A stretch of 64,000 nucleotides of DNA from Octopus sinensis (GCF_006345805.1 NC_043001.1:46004001-46068000); one strand, 5' to 3'; counted from the stretch's first letter, positions 14,176-25,054 are shown. Notes: generated by a model from the letters alone, not told the origin. Numbers and translations: made by a program.

Positions 14176-14700
14176 AGGGTGCGTAAGATATTTTCATTTT
14201 CATATGTGCAAATCCATGAGAAACCCTCCGAATTAGTAGTTAATAATCAGTATAAGCCGTTCATTAGGAATGGGTATAGGAGGCCGAATAGATTTATTAA
14301 TAATAATGCTATTAACAATAAAGCTGATGAAAAATCCAGTCAAACTAAAAAGTCTAGAGTACGGGAGGTTATTTGGAACATCCCGCCTTTCTCCCGTAGA
14401 ATCAGAAATTTGCCTAATTTGTTCTTCAAAATTTTGGAGAAAAATTTCCCGAAAGGCCACAAGTATTATTCTATTTGCAATAGACCATCAATAAAATTTT
14501 CATATTCGGTAACACCAAATTAGGGGTCCATTAGTGCTTCTTCGAACAGAAGTAAAATAAATGGAAAGCGAAATTTGGTACCTATTTCAAAAGTGCGTGC
14601 CAATAATATAGTTAATAATCCAGGGGACAATGATGGATTATTGCACTTTTTACTACCTTCAGGTGTTGACGATTCAGCGCTTAGGAATGATTATGCACCG
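14176..14700 (+). mobile_element. Penelope-like element (PLE) ORF remnant, RT-to-endonuclease linker region
   Basis: Reads VIWNIPPFSRRIRNLPNLFFKILEKNFPKGHKYYSICNRPSIKFSYSVTPN, resembling the PLE motif IWFNPP(Y/F)S...F..L....FP..H.L..IFN...VK.SYS..PN. Confidence 0.8.
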
Positions 14701-16375
14701 AGGAAGAAAGAGAAAATCAAGGACGGATGAGAAACAACAGGAAAGAAGAGGAGAAAAAAGGCACAAACTATTTATAATGACCCTCATCCCACCCCTACCC
14801 GACTTCCACCCAGACCCACTCTGCCCCACCGTTCCCCTGCAGACAACAACCCTCACCCTGCCCCACCTGACACTGATAGATTGGCAACAGACACACAGAA
14901 GCCTAAAACTTCCCACCCTGTGAAAAAGGAAAGTGTATTGTTTTTTACAATGCAATACATGTCAGGCTGTGTAAGAATATGCTATGTAGGGAGGGGCACG
15001 ACGTGAAGGTGACTCCTCCCCAAGAAGTGAGAAGAAAGACGAAAAGTAATAATTTACAGGAACCACAGTTTAAAAACGAGAAAAATCGATACGGTGACAA
15101 CAAATGAAGTAGAAAAAGCTCTAAAACCCGTCTGGTAGGGAATTATGTACCTTGCCAGAGGAAGGAAATTCAGGACTGGAAATGCGGCTTCGGAATGAGG
15201 TCATTGCCAGGCAGCATTCGGCAACCCCATTGAAGACCGATGAGGTGGTGCTTCTGCCCAGCTACCTCCAAAGTCGTGCTTCCAGGGTAAGTGTAGAAGA
15301 TATCCCCCTGGAAGTAGATGTGGTCTGGCTAGTAGCTGCAATACTACTAGGCCTCGAAGAGAAGCCACCAGTACAGCGCACAAAAATTGGCAAGGACAGA
15401 GCCTGGATATGGTTATCCAGGCCGCCCCGGAGGACCTAGAAAAATTGTAGAGACCATAACAGTCAATGATGAAGTGATACTCAAGGTTAGAGTGGAAAGC
15501 AGGATCCCACGATGTTACAAGTGTGGCCAAAAAGGCCACATCAGAGCAGAATGTTCTCCACTGCCCGTAAAGACACCAGAGGTACCTGAAAATGAAAAAG
15601 AAATTGCACCTCCACTGCCGACAAGAACCAATGGGAGAGAGCCCAGCACCGAGAAAGAAGGAGAAAAGGAAGAGAAACCCAAGGACAGATGGGAAACAGC
15701 AGGAAAGAGGATGAGAAAGAGGAGAAAAAAGGCCCCCATCCCACACCCATCCGACTTACACCCAGACCCGCTCTGCCTCACCCTTCCCTTGCAGACACTA
15801 ACCCTCACCCTACCCCACTTGATACTGATAAATTGGCAACAGACACACAGGAGCCCAAAACTTCCCAGCCCCCACCCTGTGAAAAAAGTGTATTGTTTTT
15901 TTACAATGCAACACATGTCAAGCTGTGTAAGGGGGTAAACAGTTGGGACGAACCGATAAAGGTAAGTACTGAGGAGTGTGAGGAGGTGCCCTCATACTTC
16001 GAATGTGTAATAACGGACTCCAAGAACACACCAAGACATCGAAAAGTACAGGAGTAATGTAGTTATCGTTAAAAGAAATATTGATACCAGGGGAATACCA
16101 TTAATGGTAAGTCGCCACGAGCTTTTGAGAGACTATAACATAGACATTTTTGGTTCCGATTAGGGTTTTGCAAAGAATTAATAAGTGGAAAAAAATAAAG
16201 TTTTGACAAGTGTAAATAAAGTCGCTCGGATGTGGGGTCGAGTAACTTCATTCCATTTTCATTTTTATTATTTAATCCATCCTTTTTCCATTTGTTTTTT
16301 TTATCCCCACTTTGTCTGTCTTTGTACTGTCCCTTCTATGTTTAGTCCCCCGTAGGCAATAAAGAAAGCAGAAAT
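14700..16375 (+). mobile_element. ORF1 (gag-like)-only non-LTR retroposon with a tandem partial duplication and a SINE-like 3' tail
   Basis: Frameshifted ORF1 at ~15070-16057 with a CCHC knuckle; no RT or endonuclease before the tail at 16311-16367, which resembles the SINE A 3' tail; 14700-14975 is a diverged copy of 15650-15930. Confidence 0.65.
15387..16057 (+). pseudogene. Tx1/L1-like ORF1 with CX2CX4HX4C zinc knuckle (frameshifted)
   Basis: CYKCGQKGHIRAEC at 15513-15554; upstream frame 15152-15439 (RASRVSVEDIPLEVDVVWLVAAIL) and downstream frame 15689-16057 appear to be joined by frameshifts. Confidence 0.75.
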
Positions 16376-16784
16376 ATGAGACTTGTAAATTTTCTCCTTT
16401 GGATTTCCTTAATGTATTTTACATTGATGAAGTGAGGCAACATCTTTTGAAACGATCGAAGAAATGGTTTTTGAATGGACGCTTTTCTGGTTACCATTTT
16501 GCCCTATATATTTATATTCATATTTAAATATTATTTTAGTTTTACTACCTCAAATTTTTTGTCGCTTTTCTTATGCATTAATTTAATCCTTATATTTTTC
16601 TTAATTCGACTTCACTCATTGTACCTTTTTAGGTTTTATCACCTTTCATTCGTATATATGTGTATATCTTATACTATTGGGCTTTACCATTGGATGCCCT
16701 GTTGTTCTAATATATATTTATGTTCGATTTATGATAATATGGAAATGTTATAAAGTTGTTTCAACCAATTAGAGCGTTTACTCT

Positions 16785-16935
16785 TTTACTCTTTTACTCT
16801 TTTACTCGTTTCAGTCATTTGACTGCGGCCATGCTGGAGCACCGCCTTTAGTCGAGCAAATCGACCCCAGGACTTATTCTTTGTAAGCCCAGTACTTTAT
16901 TCTATCGGTCTCTTTTGCCGAATCGCTAAGTGACG
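16785..16935 (-). mobile_element. SINE B/C 3' end with (TAAAAGAG)n tail
   Basis: Tail (CTCTTTTA)n followed by GTTTCAGTCATTTGACTGCGGCCATGCTGGAGCACCGCC. Confidence 0.85.
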
Positions 16936-17399
16936 TTTATTCATTATACCTTTCAATTTTTTTTTTTTTCGTCTCAGTGTTACCTGAACACTTCCATCTG
17001 CAGTCCTATTAGTTATTCGGCAAGAAATTGCCACACCATCATACGTCGTCTAACGGCGGGAGAGTCCATGATGTGTGTGTGTGTGGTGTGTGTGTGTGTG
17101 TAGTATCTGTGAAGATGCAGGGTTTGGTGGTTATGGTGTTGCAGTCATGATCGTAAGATTGCGGTTTCGATTCCTGGGACGTGCGATACGTTGTGTTCTT
17201 GGGCAAAGCAATTCATTTCACGTTGCTAGTAAAAAAAAAAAAAATAGTAATCCTGTTACGAAACGGCGTCGCGTCCAGGGGGAGAATATATGCGACGCAG
17301 AATCCGGAAACTATTCTTAGGAGCCTATGTCTCGGGAAGGACCGTTTATTTCAATTAATAAACCCGGAGGATATATATGTATGTAAATATGTTTTAAAT

Positions 17400-17510
<111 letters not shown>

Positions 17511-17675
17511 CCAGATTAATTAATACTTAAAATTATACAATAGCATGAATTTATTATATTTTGGATAAATTTGCTTTTAAAAGATGCTGGCGATCTTTTG
17601 ATAGGGAAAGATAGAATTATTGCATCCAAAAAACTCGGAAAACGCCTCAACTTGATTGTTATTAAAATGTACAAA

Positions 17676-18068
17676 TCTCTCTATATATAAAGCTGAAGTT
17701 GTCTGTGTATGACAGGTTTGGTAGCCTTCAACTAACACTATATCCTCCTAGACCCTGCGGCGTAAGTTGACCAAAATTGAGAGTATGATAGAAGAAGGCT
17801 CGCTCTTCCTTCGGTAGAAGAATAAATTCAAATCGGACCATGTTAACACCAAAAATTATTTACATCAAAAAGGTGCTTTTTTTCTATGAAAATCCCTATT
17901 TTTTAATGAATTTTTGACTGCTGTGTCGCCATTTTTCGGTGTATTTCAACCAGAAAAATGTTCATTTAAAGAGAATAACAAGCTACATATTGCAAAATTT
18001 TTACTTTTCAAAAATTCCAATTCTAAAGGGTCGAAACAAACCCGAGCAACGCCGGGCGATACTGCTAG
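17676..18068 (+). mobile_element. Non-autonomous Helitron, second family
   Basis: 5' A|TCTCTCTATATATAAAG; same 3' end ACAAACCCGAGCAACGCCGGGCGATACTGCTAG as 12954-13456 but a different interior. Confidence 0.8.
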
Positions 18069-18752
18069 CAAATAAATAAAGAAAGAAAGAAAGAAAGAAG
18101 GAAAAGAAAAGGAACTTAAATGTCGTTTAGTTATATTCTCCTTCAAAAGATATGTCCCTATACAAACTTTCTGCTACATATGTTGCTACAAACTAGAACA
18201 CACACACATATACATGCACACATACATACATACATACATACATACATACATACATACATACATACTAATAACAGGAGTACACATTTATATATGAATGTGA
18301 CTGTGCATACGGGCGCATGTGTACATATTCATGGAAAATAGCTACTTACAGAAAGGACAGGCTGACAGAATCAATGACATGTATTCATAAGCATATGCAT
18401 ATAATTTATGTATCAAGTATGTCTGCGCGTGTCTGCGTGCGCATCGGTGTTTCTGTGCGTGCGTGCGTGTATGTGTGAGTATGTGGGTGGGTGAGTATGG
18501 GTGTGTGTATATTTTTGCACATACGTATAAGTACACGAGTTATGTTGTCTGTGATTCAATGTATACAGGGTGATTGAAAAGTAACTCCCTATTTTAAAAT
18601 ACTTATAATTTATGTAATAACTATAATTTTTTGAAAAAACAAATATGTAAAGAGAGTGTATAGCATGGAATTTTATTTAAAATTTGATATAGGCACCAGC
18701 ATTCACCACCATTTTATATTTATTTCGCGCATTGTTTGCTTTTGATTTTGTC

Positions 18753-18867
<115 letters not shown>

Positions 18868-18949
18868 ATATATGTATATACATATTGATAAAAATGGTAA
18901 GACAACAAAAGAAAGAAAGAAACCTCGATATTATGTAAATAGAGGAATT

Positions 18950-19176
18950 TATCTGTAATTGTAATATGTGACAATTATTCGGTAGACATGTTAAAACTTC
19001 GAGTATCGGATGCCTAAGTGGAAATCCACGCCGCTATCTCTTCAGTTATCTGACCAGCATTTTTTCCGATGGCCGGATAACTGAAGATATAGCGGCGTGG
19101 ATTTCCAATTCGGCATCCGATACTCGGAGTTTTATCATAGCTACCGAATAATTGTCACATATTATATTTACAGATA
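18950..19176. mobile_element. Palindromic foldback MITE (101-bp arms, 25-nt spacer)
   Basis: 18950-19050 is the imperfect reverse complement of 19076-19176; both ends TA. Confidence 0.8.
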
Positions 19177-19200
19177 TATATATATATACACACGCACACA

Positions 19201-20390
19201 CGAATGTGGGCTGAAAAGGTATGATGTTGGAGCTATGAAATCTTGCATGCATTAATTTCAATCCTTTTGTTCTTTTCCGCGCAAACTGGCAACTGGTATT
19301 CAAAGAAGACTTGAAAAGTAGCTAATAGCGACTTGTCTTGAAAATCAACGAACTTTGGCGTCGTGGTATTATGCAGAAAAATGGTTTGGCCTCAAAAGAC
19401 ATTCATGCTGACATGTTTTCTAATGCCGCTTCAGGATCATAGACCGTGCAAAAGTAGGCAGCTGCATTTAGGATGGAAAGGGAGAGTCTTAAAGGTGATC
19501 TATGGTCTGGACATCCTCCTCCAACTGCTACCACCGTGGAAAACATTGATCGCATGGTGATGCTGATGAATGACAGGAGATTGACTATAAATCAAATAGG
19601 CAATGTTAGCATATTCCGTGAGGAAGTTGAGAATATTCTGCACAATGATCTTGGCATGACGAAGATTTCTGCTTGGTGGGTGCTACGTTTTCTGAAACCT
19701 GATCAAAAGCGTACCAGGCTGATGACATCCAGGGAAAATCTGACAATGTTTCAGGCAGATCCAGATGGCTTCTTTGAACGTTTCCTAACCCAGGACGAGT
19801 GTTGGATTCATCACTTTGAGTCGGAGACAATCCATGTAGTGGAAACCCCTTCCTGCCATCTTCAAAGAAGGCCAAGGACATTTCATCTGCAGGGAAGTTG
19901 ATGGCCTCAGTTTTGGGGGAGATACGGAAAGGCATTGTGTTTATTGACTATCTTCAAAAGGGTCACACTCTCAATGAAGACTACTATGCCAACTTGCTGA
20001 GTCAGTTATGAAAGGCTCTCGAGAACAAACGCCCAGGAAATCTAACGAAAGAGGTCTTGTTTCATCAGGACAATGCTCCAGCACACAAGCCCTTGGTTTC
20101 AATGGTTGCTGAATGTGCCTGGGGTTTTGAACTGGTTGATCATCTTCCCTATTCTCCTAGTGTGGTCCCATCTAACTATCATCTAGGCTAGGAACCAGTA
20201 TCGCAGTGATGATGACGTCATATCTGCCATTGATGACTTTATTTTTACCAACAGGGTGGAAGTTTTTTAACCAATGGGATACAAACACTGCACCATCGAT
20301 GGAAGAAGTGTGTGAAAAAATAAACCTCATTTTGTTACATTCCATGAGAGTATCTTGGTCAGCATATGAACTTTTCAACCGACTCTTCTG
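19201..20390 (+). mobile_element. Mariner transposon remnant with a decayed transposase
   Basis: ORF 19473-19901 (ESLKGDLWSGHP...DRRLTINQI...ISAWWVLRFL...FLTQDECWIHHFE; WVPR and first-D motifs). Downstream frames give LFHQDNAPAH and HLPYSPSVVPSNYHL. Degenerate TIRs; stops and frameshifts. Confidence 0.92.
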
Positions 20391-20464
20391 TATGTATATG
20401 TGTGTATGTGTGTGTGCGTATGTATGTTATATATATGTACGTATGTGTCTGTGTATGTTTGTGT

Positions 20465-20600
20465 ATATGTATGTGTATGTATGTATGTATGTATGTATGT
20501 ATGTATGTATGTATGTATGTATGTATGTAGGTAGGTAGGTAGGTAGGTAGGTAGGTAGCAGGTAGGTAGGTAGGTAGGTAGGTAGGTAGGTAGGTAGATA
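20465..20600. repeat. (TATG)n-(TAGG)n microsatellite
   Basis: Directly visible. Confidence 0.95.
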
Positions 20601-21088
20601 AATTGGTTGGTTGGTAGGTATCTTGTCTTCTTTTCTTGTTCCTAATGTGTTCCAGAAAAAAAAGTACAAAAGTTGAATTTCCAAATGTTGACTCATTGGA
20701 TTACATAATGATGGGGCTGTTCCGTTCCCTGGGCGATAAAAACATACATATATATGTATCTTGACCTATTGAGTTACACATTAATATGTTAATTGCGGGT
20801 TTCCGTTCCCTTGTAACGTATAAAGTTTCTCTGGGGTTGGGGTTGAGAAACTCCAAATGTAAGGAGAAATACGCTTATGTATCGTTATGTACTTTGCAGG
20901 ATCACTGGAATGATAATTATAATGATAAAAATACTCGGTTACAGCTGAGCCGTAATATGAAATGAAGAAAATGAAACCGTAATTGATAAACATATTTATT
21001 AATATAACAATTGCAGAGTGGAAGGTGTTTATAAGCCATTTAAGAAACACACAAAAGCCGTTCGATTCACTTCAACATTTAAGTTTAA

Positions 21089-21138
21089 TTTGTCAAAATA
21101 TTTTCGTCGCTAAAATCCGCGACCTGTTCACTGACAAA
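21089..21138 (-). ncRNA. Putative minimal hammerhead ribozyme, G3-C8 core variant (left arm)
   Basis: Minus strand reads UUUGUCA-GUGAACA-G-GUCGC-GGAUUUUA-GCGAC-GAAA-AUAU-UU-UGACAAA: 7-bp stem I, 5-bp stem II, palindromic AAUAUU stem III. Confidence 0.55.
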
Positions 21139-21171
21139 GTCCGTGCTGCACGCACGTGATGCAGCACGGAC

Positions 21172-21221
21172 TTTGTCAGTGAACAGATCGCGGATTTTAG
21201 CGACGAAAATATTTTGACAAA
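21172..21221 (+). ncRNA. Putative minimal hammerhead ribozyme, G3-C8 core variant (right arm)
   Basis: UUUGUCA-GUGAACA-GAUCGC-GGAUUUUA-GCGAC-GAAA-AUAU-UU-UGACAAA; one substitution at the base of stem II relative to the left arm. Confidence 0.5.
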
Positions 21222-21399
21222 TTAAACTTAAATGTTGAAGTGAATCGAACGGCTTTTGTGTGTTTCTTAAATGGCTTATAAACACCTTCCACGCTGCAAT
21301 TGTTTTCGTTTCAGCACACGATCTCAGATCAAATTACTTGCTATGCGAGTACATCTCCGTTTATTAATATAATTATGCAAGAATGTCTTCTAGAGTAAA

Positions 21400-23480
21400 T
21401 GAGCGACTTTGTCATGTTTCATTCAAAATTATCAAATGTTTGCTGAAAATAAAAACACTTTTCTTCTTAATGGAGCTGTATGTTTGTCAATAGTTCTATG
21501 AAAATGCAAACTCCTTTTTGCATTTTGGTCATAGTTTTCCATGAACATGATCATCCTCCGCATCGATGTCGTCTATATTTTCCTCTTGCATATCAATCAG
21601 TGTTTCATTGTTCATAGGGTCTGAGTAAGATTTTAAGGGTTCAACAGGCATCTTCAGTAGTGACTTCAAAATCAGGTTAATTAATAAGTTGACAACTTTC
21701 TCTACGTCGGCTTTAAAGCTATTCCCAAATTCTTAAAAATTTAGTATTTATATCTGGTCATAAATTTTTCCAGTAACCTTGTATTTGTTGACCCCAGAAG
21801 ATTGATAGTGGTACCTTATGTTTATCTAAAGCAGTTTTAGTTTAAGCCCATCTTCCTTGTCAGTCGCCTTGATAGCTTGTTTAACAGATTTTCTCATGTA
21901 GTACATCTTACAAATTGATATTACTGTTTGATTCAAGGCAGCAAACTGGCAGAACCGTTAGAAAGCTGAACAAAATGCTTAGTGATATTTCGCCCATCTT
22001 TGTTATGAGCTCAAATTCTGCCAAGGTCGATTTTGCCTTTCATCCTTTCGTGGTTGATAAATTAAATATCATTTATGCATTGGGTCGACTTAATCGATTG
22101 CCACCTCTCTTCATTAATTTCAGACTACATGCCCGGAGTAGAAAAGGATATTGTTTAATTCATTTGCTTGAATTTCACTCGTGATATTTAGAAACAAAAA
22201 TACCACTTACTTCAGGATAAAGATCCTGCAATGTCTAAGAGCATCATCTAAAATAAATATTGCTTTAAATTATTAGTTATTCTAGGCACAACATTCTTTA
22301 ACGACAGGAACAAAAAGAACACTAAATCAATATTGAAACATTGATGCATTTACCATAGCTTTAGAGTTCAGTTTTCAAATGATTGGTGGCATTCTTTTAG
22401 ACTTCACAGGCAAAGCTCTTAGATGTCAGTTCCATTACAGTACATGAAGGAATAGCACTAAAAAATAACAGCTTGAAACGAATATCTACACCTCAAAGAA
22501 TACATCGGAAAATGGATGGTGAAGTTGTCTGTAGCTAAAACTGAAATTACTGGCTACCAGAAGACATTTTTAAAAGGTAGAATTCCTTCGAAACAGTTGT
22601 GATTCTGTATGTAGACACTAAGTATTTTCTCTCTATTCTTTCGATTGTTACACTATTCCCGTTCAAGAAGAAAACGAAGAAAAATAATTCATTCCATGAA
22701 TTTCCTTTAGACTGTAATTATTTCCATCTTTAATGAAATATCTTACTTCATAAAATCTTTAATAAATAAGTCACAGGTTATGTTATGTTGATGATTTCTA
22801 AAAAGAATGAAATAGTACCATACGTGATAACCACCGCTTAAACATTTCGGGAACGTCGTTTGAAGTAAAGAAACAAATTAAATATATGAATTCAATGCAT
22901 TGGTTTCCTTATAATTCCGTAATTTCAATTTCAAAGTTTTATATCTTGCTTCATAGACTAGCATTTATTTAAATTTAAAGCCACCAGCTACATCACTACT
23001 CGCAAATTGCAGCTTTATAGATATACGCAATTTTCTCGTCAAGTGAATGAGATAGACTCGAGATAGACTCGAGAACATTACAAATAATTAAATGTACAGT
23101 ATAACCATCGACACATTCTTCAACCATATCATCAAAAGTCAAAATAAATTTTGGTGAAACTTCTTTATCTGCACTTGCTATTTCTCCGGTCAGTTTTAAG
23201 TCGATACAAATCTTACTTTTCTTTCTTTTCTTTTTAAAACATTTTAAACCATCCTCTTCTTGCCAGCAGCCTCTTCTCTCAAGTGCGACTTCCAATCTTG
23301 TGTCTTGGAAGGGTCAATATGTCAATAATATAAACACATGCACTGGCTCGATATCACTGTTTTAATGTTATTCAATTGGCTAAATATCTAACCAACTAAC
23401 TAATCGATCGGTTGTTTGTTAAAGGCTTTTCGTCGCTACTCTTGATATCGTCAATGACATGTCTTCTGTCTTCATGACGT
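21400..23480 (-). mobile_element. Tigger/pogo-like transposon remnant (heavily decayed, interrupted by a SINE)
   Basis: ORF 22996-23295 (GLKCFKK...LTGEIASADKE) resembles Tigger GWF.RFK...GEAASAD; further minus-strand pieces resemble the DDE_1 region (MLLDIAGS, YYMRKSVKQAI) and an acidic C-terminus. Confidence 0.72.
21936..22105 (+). mobile_element. SINE family A inserted in the Tigger remnant
   Basis: AAGGCAGCAAACTGGCAGAACCGTTAG head; GCCTTTCATCCTTTCGTGGTTGATAAATTAA core. Confidence 0.75.
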
Positions 23481-23898
23481 GCTACCAATTACACGCGCGC
23501 GCTGTCTTCTGAAAAATCATTGAAAAGTGATACAGCTGTAATTGTGATTGTAACTATACTGTGACTGAGCTGTCTATAACTCACTATTCATGATCCATCT
23601 TCTGAGTATCCACATACTCAGGCTACATTTCAACCAGCTTGAACTTCAACCAAGCTGCTGTCATTTATCCATGTTGATAGTTTGTATGTGTGTGTGTGTG
23701 TGAGAGAGAGAGAGAGGTGGGGGAGGAAGAGAGAAGGTGTGTGTGTCGACCTTGAGAGAGAAAGACACTTGCTCTTTCATTGTAAACACCGTTTCTCGTT
23801 ATTTCTTTGCCGCCAATGCTTCCTTCCTTCCATCTCTCCCATACTTTCAATCCATTTCAAAATATCTCTCTTTCTTATCCTAATCAACTCGGCGCATG

Positions 23899-24303
23899 GG
23901 ATCTTTTCGGTTTGAACGGCAGTTTTTTCTAGCGGTGTCATATGAAATTGTCACCCAAAATTATGACCCTAGTATCGATCTATTGCATTTCAATGTTTTA
24001 GGGTTAGGGTTAGGGTTAGGGGAAGGGTATCTTTTTTTCTTCAGAAATGTAAATAAACCCAATCTGTTTCTTAAACGAGGGACATATTCCTACGGCACAG
24101 GATGTTTTCACCTCAATAGACGTCATTGATTGGTTGAAATTGCAGAAATTGAAGTAAAACAACAACAAATATCTTACAAACTATAGAATTTTCTCAATAA
24201 AGCCAAGAGAAAAAGATGTTTTATATACCAGTATACGAAGTTTAAAAGTGTTTAGTTACGTGGAAATTATTTTAAAAAACTGCCTTTCAAGCCGAAAAGA
24301 TCC
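23899..24303 (+). mobile_element. Merlin-type MITE family M1
   Basis: TIR GGATCTTTTCGGTTTGAACGGCAG; 8-bp TSD GGCGCATG/GACGCATG. Confidence 0.88.
24000..24027 (+). other. Telomeric-repeat G-quadruplex motif inside the MITE
   Basis: AGGGTTAGGGTTAGGGTTAGGG at 24000-24021 is exactly A(GGGTTA)3GGG; a fifth G-tract follows. Confidence 0.85.
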
Positions 24304-25054
24304 GACGCATGTTCTATTGGTTAGGTTATTCAGTAAAACACTTCACTGAACGTTGTTCCAGTCCAGTCTGTTGCAAACGAGCTCCAGCAATAGCTGGGAA
24401 GTCAATTCTGCGACGGATCAGGGGCCTGTTCACGGAGAATGATGTAATCTCTGTCACTTAAACGCATGGAAATCGGGTTAAGTCCCGGTCTTATGATTCT
24501 CAAAACTCTCAAGAGACATATACCCCTACCAACCTAACAAATCTCCTACCGAATTCACTTTGTTAGCGCTCGTCGAATGTTTTCCAGTCGCTGAAATATT
24601 TGTTAAACCTTTCATCCTTCCCTCTCATTATAGCCAACAGATGTTATCCAAAGCAACATCACTTGCAATTAAATGTTTTCTTGATCAAGCTACCATGTTT
24701 GTCTAATCTCACACACTTACCCAGCAAAACGTTAAGTGTTTCTGCAATAGCTGTTCGCTTGATTAGGCACTTAATTTAGTGTATATCCTCTCTGCTATCC
24801 CAGAAGCTACAGAAAATAGGAAGCTTGATTTTCAATACTGTTATTATGGTTACTATAATTGTGGTGAAGATGATGGTAGTGGTCGTGGGGAATGTACTGA
24901 GTTAAATCATTTCCAATACTTCACTGGTACTTATTTATATAGCCTAGGCAGAGTCAAATCTCGGTGGGATTTGACCTCAGAGCATAAAGAGATTTAGCTA
25001 AAATCACAGTGCATTTACTCCGGCGCTCTGCCCATTTTCCAGTCTACAACACTC

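Larger units (their letters stand above)
21008..21359. mobile_element. PLE-pLTR-like non-autonomous unit: 299-bp hairpin plus 55-nt tail, flanked by a 13-bp direct repeat
   Basis: Arms 21006-21150 and 21160-21304 (2 mismatches in 145 bp); 9-nt loop; TTTATTAATATAA at 20995-21007 and 21360-21372. Confidence 0.8.

Noticed and set aside
16420-16466. Possible further hammerhead TTGATGA...GAAAC-GATC-GAA
   Set aside because: It has a palindromic GATC loop, but C3 and U16.1 are lost and stems I and II do not pair. At most a heavily decayed pLTR, and not supportable.
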